Of a stretch of 64,000 nt of DNA, positions 28,062-37,067 are shown in pieces. Origin of the DNA: a virus; IMG/VR virus record IMGVR_UViG_3300008116_000011, positions 110,438 through 174,437 of that record, one strand, 5' to 3'. The notes under the pieces were generated by a model, which worked only from the letters and a program-made list of their open reading frames with translations, was not told the DNA's origin and searched no databases. Numbering within the stretch: position 1 is the first letter of the stretch; each line of letters starts with the position of its first letter. The position numbers were made by a program, and so were the translations under genes.

Positions 28062-31000
28062 TTACTCTGGTTTATTTTTTGGTTTGGTTTTGCGAGTTTT
28101 TTTAGGTTTTTCAATACCTTTAAGCTCATTTATTTCGTCTTTAAGTTCCTTAATACATTGTATGAGGAAAGGAACTAATTTTTCATATTTTACTGCTTTA
28201 TATCCACTATCTCTAGTTGTTACTACTTCAGGTAATATTTCTTCAATTTCTTGAGCTATAACTCCTATATCACGACCTCTAAATCCATGTACTGCTACTA
28301 AATTATCATCATCTTTCCAATTAAAGGTATAGCCGTGTATATTATCTAATTTGTATAAAGCATTAGTAATAGGTTTAAGATTTTCTTTAAGCGCCTTATC
28401 AGAAGTAGAGAATGCTACAACATCATTTGAGGCATCAATTCTACCTACAACAGCAGATCCTGTTGTGCCTACACCTAATGAACCTGTAATTGTTACACTT
28501 TGACTTAATGTAGTGACATAAGAAGCACTAGTAGCAAAGCTAGCAGTTCCAAATAATGAACTTGTTATAGAAGTAGCGGAAATATTATCTACATTATACA
28601 AATCATTCCCTCCAAGACCTAAATCTCCAGACATTTCTCTTCCACCATCAACTAACAAATATTGAGGATGATCATCTGCTTCTAATCCTAATAAATTGCC
28701 GTGCAAAGTAACAACACCAGTTCTTGATGGTGATGCAAAACCAAGTCTAGGTCTTTCATCAACTATTATTTGTAAACTTGCACTATCTGGAGTTACAACT
28801 ATTGAAGAAAATAATGCAAATTGATCTATTAGAAAAGAAGGAGGAGTAGGTAATTCACCTGATTCAGCAGCTTCAGCATTATCATATAATGTTTGTCCAT
28901 AAACTAAAACATATTTAGTTTCTGGAGCTCCCATCATATATAGGGAATGCTTTGTATATGAGCCTGAAGGGATAATTTGTAGTACACCTGAGCTAGCACT
29001 GTCATAATATATATTACTAGCTGTAACCTGGTTAGATACTCTAGCAAATCCAGATCCTCCTGTTCCTGTTCCTGCTGATCCACTTCTGTAGTATGCATCA
29101 AAAGTTATTGGAGTTGCTCCTGTTGTTGTAATTCTATGTTCAGAGTAAAAATAAGTTGCTGATGTTACATTTAATGTTCTAGGAGTGGTACCTTCTGTGG
29201 TTATGCCACCATTTTGGAATATAGGACCTAAGGCATCTCTAAACATTCTATCTATAAAGTTAGAATAATGGTGAGCATCTAAAGGTGTCCTATCTATGTA
29301 AATAATAGAAGAACTATCAGTTATTATTCTTCCTAAAGGTACATTAAATCTAGAGTTTGGTTCAGTTGCTGATGATGTTAAAACGCCAGAACTGTTATAA
29401 TATATGTATCTGTCAGAGTTGGTAGGTAAAGTTATTTGTCTAGAAACATCACTTGTTCCTCTAGTGTTTATTTTTAATAAATTGTGGTTAGGATAATTTC
29501 CTGTAGTCATTACATATCCAACAGATTCTGCTACTTGAATAGTTAATGCACTAGCAGTTGTTAGAGTTCCCCCGTCTATTATACCCATAGTACCACCAAA
29601 CGAAATAAGATCTCCTATTTCTGTTTGTGCTGCTGTTGGTGTTCTAACCCAATCTATACCTCCATATAATACAACAGAAGCCGTACCTATACCAGCACCT
29701 CCACTAGGATATAATAATATATTACCTCCAGGATTTGCTATCATACTTGATGTTACAGATCCTGATACGCTTAATGAAAATGAAGATGTTGATGCAAACG
29801 AAGCACTTAAAGCTTGTGTTGCATAAGAAGAACTTATTGCATTTAAAACATACGATGCTGTGCTAGCATTTAATGCTTGAGTAGCATAAGAAGCAGTTCC
29901 AAACAATGAGCCTGTAATAGATCCTGTAACTATTAGTTTACCAGGTATAGAAACGGTTGTACCATCATCAGATATTTGAGAATCTCCAATATGTTCTCCA
30001 CTGGCTTCTGAATATCCTTTTGTAAGCCTATTAAATGTTATTTGAGTTTCATTACCTTGATTATTATAGGTTTCAGGACCCATAATACCAATAGAACTAG
30101 TTAATGCTGATCCTACTGTTTGTTGGTGGAGAAATATCCATCTATTTTGTTGAGAATCAAATAACCAAGAACCAGAAACTTGAGGTGATGATCCTGAGTC
30201 TATAACTGCTAAACCACCAAAACGAACTGATGGAGTATTAGAGTTTACTGTTATAAGATTAGTTCCTATATTAAGTGTAGATTCACTTACATATGTAATA
30301 GAGGCAGATCCAAATACAGTTAAATTTTGATATATAGTTAAACTACCAGAAATGATAGCATTATTTTGTACATAAAAACTATCAGCATATGATGATGTAG
30401 CACCATATGATGAGCTTAAAGCTTGAGAAGCATATGATGAACTTAAAGCTTGTGTTGCATAAGATGCTGTTCCAAATAATGAACCAGTAAATCCACCATT
30501 AATAGATGTTAATGAACCTGTTAATCCATAAGAACCAGTTAATTGTTTGGAGTTAATCCAAACACTACCACTTTTAACTAATAAATCACCGTATGAAGAA
30601 CTAGTTGTATTATCAATTACGTCATGTAATTCACCTAATTCATATCCATTATCTATTTTTACATAAATAGACCCTACAGTAGTACTTACTCTTTCTACAT
30701 AACCTAATCTTACCCCATGGGCTGGGGCTGTAGGAGGTGTTTGAGTATATGTACCAGGAGTTGTACCTAAAAATACTAATTGACCTCCTACTAATCCATT
30801 CGTATTTAATCCTCTTAAAGTACCTTCAGTCATTACCCAACCTTCAGCACCCTGAGCTATTGTTTCAGCTACAAATCCTAATGTATTAGCTGAACCTTGT
30901 TCAGCAGTAGCTGAAGCTAATTTAACAGCTATTCTATTACCTTGTGATCCTGAAACATATACTGTTTGGCCTTTAGATAAAGATGATGTTGTGGCATTAT

Positions 31001-32297
31001 AAACATATTGATAAAGATCGGTACCAATTTTTAAATTAATATTTCCACCTGCTAATCCAAATGTTAATGTTCCTTCACCACTATCATAACCTAATCTAGC
31101 AACAGCATTAGCAAATGAAGCGCTAGTATCAAAATCAATATAATTAACGTCTTCAATTGCTCCTGATACTATAATGTTTATAGCATATGATGCTGTTTGA
31201 GCATATGATGCACTTAAAATACTATTTGATCCATAAGGACCAAACACATTAGAACCCGTTATAAACGATGAAGTTATTGCGTGAGAAGCAGATACAGCAA
31301 ATGATGCTGTACCAAATAAACTGCCTGTAAATCCTTGAGTTGCAGTTACAGAACCTGTTATTGTTAATCCATTTGTGTATCTACCTGATCCACTAACATC
31401 GAAGTTAAATTCTGGATTTGGTTGGTTAATACCAACTTTACCATTTACTGATCCTGAATAAGGGTCAGATACTATGTTAGAATATGAACCTGTTGCAAAT
31501 ATAATACCTCCTAAATTTATAGAATCACGTCTACTATCTTCTAATGTAATATTTGTACCAATAATAATATTATTAGAACCTATACCATTAGGATCTGAAG
31601 CTATATTGCCTACATTATAACCTAATAATGTAGAATAAGATGCATTGTATGCACCATAACCCGCAAATGATCCTAAAAAATTAGAATATACAGCATCGAT
31701 TGCTCCGTAACCTGCTAAGTTACCTATAAAGTTTGATTGTGAAGCATTTGTAGCACTGAAACCTGCTAAAGTTCCTATAAAGTTTGATTTCTTTGCATTG
31801 ATAGCTCCATATCCTACAGAGTTTCCTATAAAGTTTGCGTCACTAGCACTGTACGCTGTGTTACCTGCATAGTAACCAATAAAGTTAGAACTTGTTGCTT
31901 CATTAGCACCTTCACCAGCTTGACGACCTATAAAGTTAGACCAGTATGCATTTGTTGCATTAAAACCAGCATAGTAACCTATAAAGTTAGAAGCATCTGC
32001 ATTTGTTGCAATGTATCCAGCAAAATTACCTAAGAATATAGATCTGTTTGCATTAGTAGAATTATATCCTGCATCAACACCTAATATAATACTACTGTCG
32101 TTATTATATCCTGTATTCTCAGGTGAGATAGCAGAGTAGATAGTACTTCCGGTTATTGCTATAGGATAGGAAGAACTGACTGTATTAGATGCCCAACTGG
32201 CTGTGCCAAATAAAGAACCGGTTATACCATTAGCTACAGTAAGAGAGTTTAGGCTAGCGTTCGAGCCTGATACAATGACTTTTTTCCAGTTTGGCAT
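28062..32297 (-). CDS. Tail fibre with C-terminal intramolecular chaperone (peptidase S74-like); start probably 32297 (MPNWKK)
   Basis: SDKALKEN...F.WK...GVIAQE...PEVV...V.YEKL...LI..IKEL; SNFIGxxAG and GSLFGTAS repeats. Confidence 0.85.
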   Translation of the reverse strand: MPNWKKVIVSGSNASLNSLTVANGITGSLFGTASWASNTVSSSYPIAITGSTIYSAISPENTGYNNDSSIILGVDAGYNSTNANRSIFLGNFAGYIATNADASNFIGYYAGFNATNAYWSNFIGRQAGEGANEATSSNFIGYYAGNTAYSASDANFIGNSVGYGAINAKKSNFIGTLAGFSATNASQSNFIGNLAGYGAIDAVYSNFLGSFAGYGAYNASYSTLLGYNVGNIASDPNGIGSNNIIIGTNITLEDSRRDSINLGGIIFATGSYSNIVSDPYSGSVNGKVGINQPNPEFNFDVSGSGRYTNGLTITGSVTATQGFTGSLFGTASFAVSASHAITSSFITGSNVFGPYGSNSILSASYAQTASYAINIIVSGAIEDVNYIDFDTSASFANAVARLGYDSGEGTLTFGLAGGNINLKIGTDLYQYVYNATTSSLSKGQTVYVSGSQGNRIAVKLASATAEQGSANTLGFVAETIAQGAEGWVMTEGTLRGLNTNGLVGGQLVFLGTTPGTYTQTPPTAPAHGVRLGYVERVSTTVGSIYVKIDNGYELGELHDVIDNTTSSSYGDLLVKSGSVWINSKQLTGSYGLTGSLTSINGGFTGSLFGTASYATQALSSSYASQALSSSYGATSSYADSFYVQNNAIISGSLTIYQNLTVFGSASITYVSESTLNIGTNLITVNSNTPSVRFGGLAVIDSGSSPQVSGSWLFDSQQNRWIFLHQQTVGSALTSSIGIMGPETYNNQGNETQITFNRLTKGYSEASGEHIGDSQISDDGTTVSIPGKLIVTGSITGSLFGTASYATQALNASTASYVLNAISSSYATQALSASFASTSSFSLSVSGSVTSSMIANPGGNILLYPSGGAGIGTASVVLYGGIDWVRTPTAAQTEIGDLISFGGTMGIIDGGTLTTASALTIQVAESVGYVMTTGNYPNHNLLKINTRGTSDVSRQITLPTNSDRYIYYNSSGVLTSSATEPNSRFNVPLGRIITDSSSIIYIDRTPLDAHHYSNFIDRMFRDALGPIFQNGGITTEGTTPRTLNVTSATYFYSEHRITTTGATPITFDAYYRSGSAGTGTGGSGFARVSNQVTASNIYYDSASSGVLQIIPSGSYTKHSLYMMGAPETKYVLVYGQTLYDNAEAAESGELPTPPSFLIDQFALFSSIVVTPDSASLQIIVDERPRLGFASPSRTGVVTLHGNLLGLEADDHPQYLLVDGGREMSGDLGLGGNDLYNVDNISATSITSSLFGTASFATSASYVTTLSQSVTITGSLGVGTTGSAVVGRIDASNDVVAFSTSDKALKENLKPITNALYKLDNIHGYTFNWKDDDNLVAVHGFRGRDIGVIAQEIEEILPEVVTTRDSGYKAVKYEKLVPFLIQCIKELKDEINELKGIEKPKKTRKTKPKNKPE

Positions 32298-32399
32298 ATC
32301 AATTATTTTATTTGAATTGCGGTTAGATACATACACTTATGCCGTGTATATGCCTACTTCCCCTAGGGGCCAGCAATATTCTATAATAAATATGCTAAA

Positions 32400-32624
32400 T
32401 TATTTCCTGGCTTGTTGTCTTTCTTTGTCGAGGGCGATTGCTTTTTCTAATTCTGCGGTTTTTTTTTCACTCATCATGTTATTAATTTCTGTAATTTCAT
32501 GCTCTAATTTATTTTGTAAATTAGCTAGAAATTTTGCATCTTTACCTGTAATATTTACAACATCAGATGCTTGACGCATAAAAATTAATTCATTAAGAGT
32601 AAAATCTACTGAGAATAAATCCAT
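32400..32624 (-). CDS. Small hypothetical protein (possible fibre chaperone)
   Basis: ORF track; weakly similar to its neighbour (xELxFxxxx...xxGxD/ES...KL). Confidence 0.6.
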   Translation of the reverse strand: MDLFSVDFTLNELIFMRQASDVVNITGKDAKFLANLQNKLEHEITEINNMMSEKKTAELEKAIALDKERQQARK

Positions 32625-32626
32625 AA

Positions 32627-32830
32627 CTATTGTTTTAATTTAGCGTACTGATTTTGTAATTTAATAGCAGTATTATAAATTAATTCTACTGATTCTCCTT
32701 TAAATGTTGTTTGTTTTAACAATACAAGTAAAAATTCTAGTTCCTGAGCATTTAATTGGTCAGAAGCTAAAGGAGAAGTGTTCTGTGGCTGTATGCCTTT
32801 TTGTTGGTTAATTTTATCTAATAATCCCAT
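32627..32830 (-). CDS. Small hypothetical protein (start probably MGLLDKIN at 32830)
   Basis: The longer ORF-track start would overlap the upstream gene. Confidence 0.6.
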   Translation of the reverse strand: MGLLDKINQQKGIQPQNTSPLASDQLNAQELEFLLVLLKQTTFKGESVELIYNTAIKLQNQYAKLKQ

Positions 32831-32849
32831 AACTGATTTTAAAAACATA

Positions 32850-33893
32850 TTATGAATAAATCCAAATTTCTTGATCTGTACCAATAAATATATTACCTCC
32901 AACTTGATATCTAGAAGCAACAGCTGTAGGATCTGTACCTGCACCTATTAAAGCAGCAGCTACAAATGCATCTGGGGTGAATGAGCTACTTGCTGCGTTA
33001 AATGAACCTGTAAATGCCCATCTTGTAGTACCACTATCAAAAGCAAATAATTCACCTACATTTTGAGTACCTTGTTGTACTACAAGACCACCATCGCCTG
33101 CTGAGTTAGAACCAGAAGCTAATAAAATAAATCTATCTGCTACTTCTAAGTTAACTGTATTTTGAAAAGAAGCGGTACCTAGTACTGTTAAGTCATTATT
33201 AACAACTAAATCACCTGCTATAGTTACATCATTAGGTAAACCAATAGTTACTGTTTGACCAGCTACTGATGTTTCAATTTCATTAACAGTGCCAGCAATA
33301 GTTAATGCTTGGGTCTTTAAATTTACTGTACCATCACCTGTAGAACCAGACACAGCTAATACTGTAGCAATACCTGTTAAATTGCTACCATCACCAGCAA
33401 ATGAACCTGTAAATGAACCTGTTAGTACTGATGAAGCTCCAGTTAATTGGATTGATGAAGCACCACTAAGTACAGAGCCATTATCTGTTATACTAGAATT
33501 TACAAATTTACCATCTGCAGAATTCCATTTAACGATAAGATTATTAGTTAATTGAGCAGCACCACTAACAGCTACAGTCCGAGCTGCCGTGCCATCAAAA
33601 TTAAAAGGAACAATACCTGAACCTTGTGATAATGCATTTGCTAAAAATGAAGCAGAAATACCATTTAATCCACTACCATCACCTTGGAAAGAACCACTAA
33701 AAGAACCAGAAATAGATACACTAGTAGCACCGGTAGTTGCTAGAATATTGCCAGTACCATTAATGGGGGTTGAAGATAGATTACTAGCGTTTCCTCCACC
33801 TATTACTACTTGACCGGAAACTAAATTATCTACTTGTAGTGCGGTAAATTCGGGAGAACTACCAGAGACTACGACTTTTTTCCATTGTGCCAT
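32850..33893 (-). CDS. Virion fibre/structural protein
   Basis: GSFxGDGSxL repeats; N-terminus MAQWKKVVVSGS matches that of the S74 fibre. Confidence 0.7.
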   Translation of the reverse strand: MAQWKKVVVSGSSPEFTALQVDNLVSGQVVIGGGNASNLSSTPINGTGNILATTGATSVSISGSFSGSFQGDGSGLNGISASFLANALSQGSGIVPFNFDGTAARTVAVSGAAQLTNNLIVKWNSADGKFVNSSITDNGSVLSGASSIQLTGASSVLTGSFTGSFAGDGSNLTGIATVLAVSGSTGDGTVNLKTQALTIAGTVNEIETSVAGQTVTIGLPNDVTIAGDLVVNNDLTVLGTASFQNTVNLEVADRFILLASGSNSAGDGGLVVQQGTQNVGELFAFDSGTTRWAFTGSFNAASSSFTPDAFVAAALIGAGTDPTAVASRYQVGGNIFIGTDQEIWIYS

Positions 33894-33939
33894 GTTATCT
33901 TAATGTTTTATTTAGTGTTGTTCCATTATAAATATTAAA

Positions 33940-35367
33940 TTATTCCAATCCCACATACATTGACGATGAAGTAAACCATATACTTCCTGCATCTGTTGTT
34001 CCTGTTGGGTCAAAAGCTTGTGGAGCTATGCGAACTATACTTTGACTTACTGTAAATACTTCCTCTCTAGTTGTGTAATTTCTTATAAGAAAATAATTAG
34101 TATAAAATTCAGTTTCTGAATCTTCTCGTATGTTAAGATACTTATTTTCTGGTGCTCCGTATGTTAGTATAAATAAATTTCCATCTACATTTACTTTAGC
34201 TTCTACCACACTACCTTCACTACCTGTAACTAATTTTGAAATAGAAGCATCTAAAGCAAATGATGAGGTACCGTATAAAGAACCGGTTATTCCTATATCA
34301 ACAATTAATGATCCACTTATATTTAAAGAACCAGACATTATATGTTGGTCATCGGATTTTAATATTAATTTTTGATAATTTTCAACTAATCCACCACCAA
34401 CAAAGAATATAACAGATTCACCAGGAACAGTATTACCTATAACTAAATTTTTACCTGTAGAAAACAAATAAGCATCATTTGGTCCACCAACAGATCCAGT
34501 AAAATTACTGCTGTTGATACCCATGTTAACAAAGTTAATAAATTCGTCCCCATTATTTGCTGTAGCTACAATATCTGAAGATGCTGTTTCTCCATCACTT
34601 TCATTTCTAATATTAATTTGGGAGTAATTATCAACATTACTTTCAAAAGTAGCAATATTAAATGATTCTGTATTTGGTTGGAATACAAATAGAGCTTCTG
34701 GGGCATTAGCTGTACCAAATTCTCTATTAATTATAATGCTATACGAATTTGACTGGTGTATGGCACTAGATGATAAGCTATTTTCAGTATCAAATAATGC
34801 TATATATTTAGTAAGACCATTTATATTGTTTGAATAACTAGAGGTAGTAGCAAAAGAGGCACTATCAGCAAAAGAAGTACTTACAGCGTAAGAAGCACTA
34901 TCAGCAAAAGAAGTACTTACAGCGTAAGAGGCACTATCAGCAAAAGAGGCACTATCAGCAAAAGAAGTATTTACAGCGTAAGAGGCACTATCAGCAAAAG
35001 AGGCACTAGCTATATTAAATAACCCACTTCCATCTCCTGAAAATGAACCTGTTATACCTTCAGTTACTATTAAACTACCTGAAAATATAGCAGGGCCTAT
35101 GTTAGTAAGAGTGGAAGAACCAGATATAATTAAACTACCTGTTATTATCTGGTTACCATTAAACTGATTTGATCCTGTAGTAGCAAAAGAACCAGTATCA
35201 ATAGAACCTGAAGGTCCCGGAGGACCTTGTTCTCCTTGAGGACCTTGGGGTCCAGGAGTTATTACCTCAACAATAGTACTATTTTGGTCAGGGATTACAT
35301 TTACAGTATTGTATACTGTATTTACTGTAACTGAATTTCCTGATTGGTTGTCAACACATACTGCCAT
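33940..35367 (-). CDS. Virion fibre protein with short collagen-like stretch and SAS(F/Y)A repeats
   Basis: GPQGPQGEQGPPGP; (FADSAS)n; GSLxxSGS repeats. Confidence 0.7.
   Translation of the reverse strand: MAVCVDNQSGNSVTVNTVYNTVNVIPDQNSTIVEVITPGPQGPQGEQGPPGPSGSIDTGSFATTGSNQFNGNQIITGSLIISGSSTLTNIGPAIFSGSLIVTEGITGSFSGDGSGLFNIASASFADSASYAVNTSFADSASFADSASYAVSTSFADSASYAVSTSFADSASFATTSSYSNNINGLTKYIALFDTENSLSSSAIHQSNSYSIIINREFGTANAPEALFVFQPNTESFNIATFESNVDNYSQINIRNESDGETASSDIVATANNGDEFINFVNMGINSSNFTGSVGGPNDAYLFSTGKNLVIGNTVPGESVIFFVGGGLVENYQKLILKSDDQHIMSGSLNISGSLIVDIGITGSLYGTSSFALDASISKLVTGSEGSVVEAKVNVDGNLFILTYGAPENKYLNIREDSETEFYTNYFLIRNYTTREEVFTVSQSIVRIAPQAFDPTGTTDAGSIWFTSSSMYVGLE
34849..35010 (-). 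repeat. Near-perfect 18/36-bp coding tandem repeat
   Basis: Units gcactatcagcaaaaga and gta(c/t)ttacagcgtaaga recur almost verbatim. Confidence 0.9.
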
Positions 35368-35368
35368 T

Positions 35369-35743
35369 TTATACTACGGTTACTTCTTTACTTAATTTAA
35401 CTTTACCTTCTAATATTCTATTAACTATAGGGCAATCACTTCCTGAAATGACATCTAAATCATAAACAGCCTCGTTAAATGTAAATTGTGATGATGTGCA
35501 AGAAGCAATAAATATACCTATAGCTCCTGAAATGGCATTAGACATGTTTAAACCGGTTCCATCATCGTTTAAGCTACTACTTAAAGTAGCTATAACATCA
35601 TTAGAACCAACATATGGCCTAATTTGCATTTTTGCACTATAATATTGTAAATCTATTGGATTTCCATTAGAATCTTTATAAATTATAGTGAAATCTGTAG
35701 TAGACCCTTGTTCTATAACAAATGAATATTTACCTGCTGCCAT
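35369..35743 (-). CDS. Virion structural protein (BppU-N-like fibre adaptor)
   Basis: IEQGST...PIDL..YSAKMQIR...YDL......RILEGKV. Confidence 0.6.
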   Translation of the reverse strand: MAAGKYSFVIEQGSTTDFTIIYKDSNGNPIDLQYYSAKMQIRPYVGSNDVIATLSSSLNDDGTGLNMSNAISGAIGIFIASCTSSQFTFNEAVYDLDVISGSDCPIVNRILEGKVKLSKEVTVV

Positions 35744-35783
35744 ACTTTGTAGAAATTACTGGCTATAAATATTGTTTTATTTG

Positions 35784-36452
35784 TTATTTACCGTATTCGT
35801 ATTCGAGTATTTTCCCGACTAGATCCGATCTGTGGTTTTCTTTTAATTTAATCCACTTAATTTCGTCGATTTTTTTAGATAGTTCAATAGCATATTGTAA
35901 ACCGTTTGCTTCACCTGTTGGTATTCTAATATCAGTTTGTTCATTATCGCCGTTTATGACAATTTTACCTGTTTTACCTAAACGGGTTAATATAGCTAGC
36001 ATTTCACCTCTAGTTAGGTTTTGTGCTTCTTCTACAATTAAAATATCGTCAATTGTTTTACCACGAATAAATTGTACTGGTAGTGCTTTAACTTTACCTT
36101 CCTCAATTAATGCTGGTACTTCATTTTTATTAGTACAACATTTGTTAAGATTTTCAATAAGTGCTTCCATGTATGGATCAAACTTTTCACTTAATGCTCC
36201 TGGAAGATATCCCAGTGATTTACCTACTTCAATAGCGGCTCTTGTATTATAAATGCAGTTAATTTGTTTTTTCTTAAGAAAATCTAATGCGGCTTGAGCA
36301 CATACTAATGATTTACCGGAACCTGCTCTACCTGTTATAACTACTATTTGGTTTTCTACTATTAACCTTTTTGCTTCTTTTTGCTCTTCATTTAATTGAA
36401 GAGCATTAATAGACTTAATATCGTTTTTTCTTTCACGATTTGGTTCCCTCAT
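35784..36452 (-). CDS. phoH: PhoH-family ATPase (start probably MREPN at 36452)
   Basis: GRAGSGKS, LGYLPG...EK.DPY, FIRGKT, EEAQN, TRLG, GD..QTD. Confidence 0.93.
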   Translation of the reverse strand: MREPNRERKNDIKSINALQLNEEQKEAKRLIVENQIVVITGRAGSGKSLVCAQAALDFLKKKQINCIYNTRAAIEVGKSLGYLPGALSEKFDPYMEALIENLNKCCTNKNEVPALIEEGKVKALPVQFIRGKTIDDILIVEEAQNLTRGEMLAILTRLGKTGKIVINGDNEQTDIRIPTGEANGLQYAIELSKKIDEIKWIKLKENHRSDLVGKILEYEYGK

Positions 36453-36474
36453 GCAACAATGTTTGCTATAAATA

Positions 36475-36990
36475 TTAAATATCAAGCAATTTTAGATTAC
36501 CCTCTTTATCATATCCCATATTACCTGGATTGATATCTAGGAATTGTTTTGTATTTATTTGTTGTGTTTTATAAAAAAAGTCTAGCCATCTGTTAAGTAG
36601 CTCTAATTTTTCTGGAGCTTTTTGTTTTAATTCTTCTACAGCGTTTTTTTTCTCTTTAGAATTTAAAGATATTGATTCTAACCACCCTGTAACATCTGAT
36701 GGGTAATTAAAATCAAAAATATCAGCTAATTCATCTAATTCTTTTCCTACTCTATCAGTGTCTAATTTTTCTTGAGCCATCCATCTTTTATCCCAGTTTA
36801 TTTTTACTATTTTAGCATATAATTCAGGATATTTAAGTGATGTCTCATACTCTTTTTTTACCATTGAATTTGAGGCAGGGCCCCAAATTTTAATTATATA
36901 TTGAGGAAGAGCATCAAAACTAAATACAGATTTAAAAGCACCATATTTGTTTAGTTTATCTTTACGATATCTTATTTTAGCTTCTTGCAT
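36475..36990 (-). CDS. Minimal protein-kinase-like fold protein
   Basis: GAFKSVF (Gly loop), IIK, helix-C Glu, QEKL hinge, DINPGN catalytic loop, terminal KLLD. Confidence 0.65.
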   Translation of the reverse strand: MQEAKIRYRKDKLNKYGAFKSVFSFDALPQYIIKIWGPASNSMVKKEYETSLKYPELYAKIVKINWDKRWMAQEKLDTDRVGKELDELADIFDFNYPSDVTGWLESISLNSKEKKNAVEELKQKAPEKLELLNRWLDFFYKTQQINTKQFLDINPGNMGYDKEGNLKLLDI

Positions 36991-37015
36991 TATTGTTAAT
37001 TATATCGATAAATAT

Positions 37016-37045
37016 AAAAAAAGAGTCGAGCTTTCGCTCGACTCT
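37016..37045 (-). terminator. Strong intrinsic terminator after the major capsid gene
   Basis: 10-bp stem agagtcgagc/gctcgactct, GAAA loop on the minus strand, U tract. Confidence 0.88.
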
Positions 37046-37067
37046 CTTATTATCATCATTCTAATGA

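Noticed and set aside
21340-35010. Repeats (21340-24640 and 34849-35010) as a CRISPR array
   Set aside because: They are in-frame coding repeats with no unique spacers, and no cas genes are present.
34849-35010. D-S-A repeats as O-glycosylation sequons
   Set aside because: Fibre proteins assemble in the cytoplasm, whereas Bacteroidota O-glycosylation acts on exported proteins. The match is probably coincidental.
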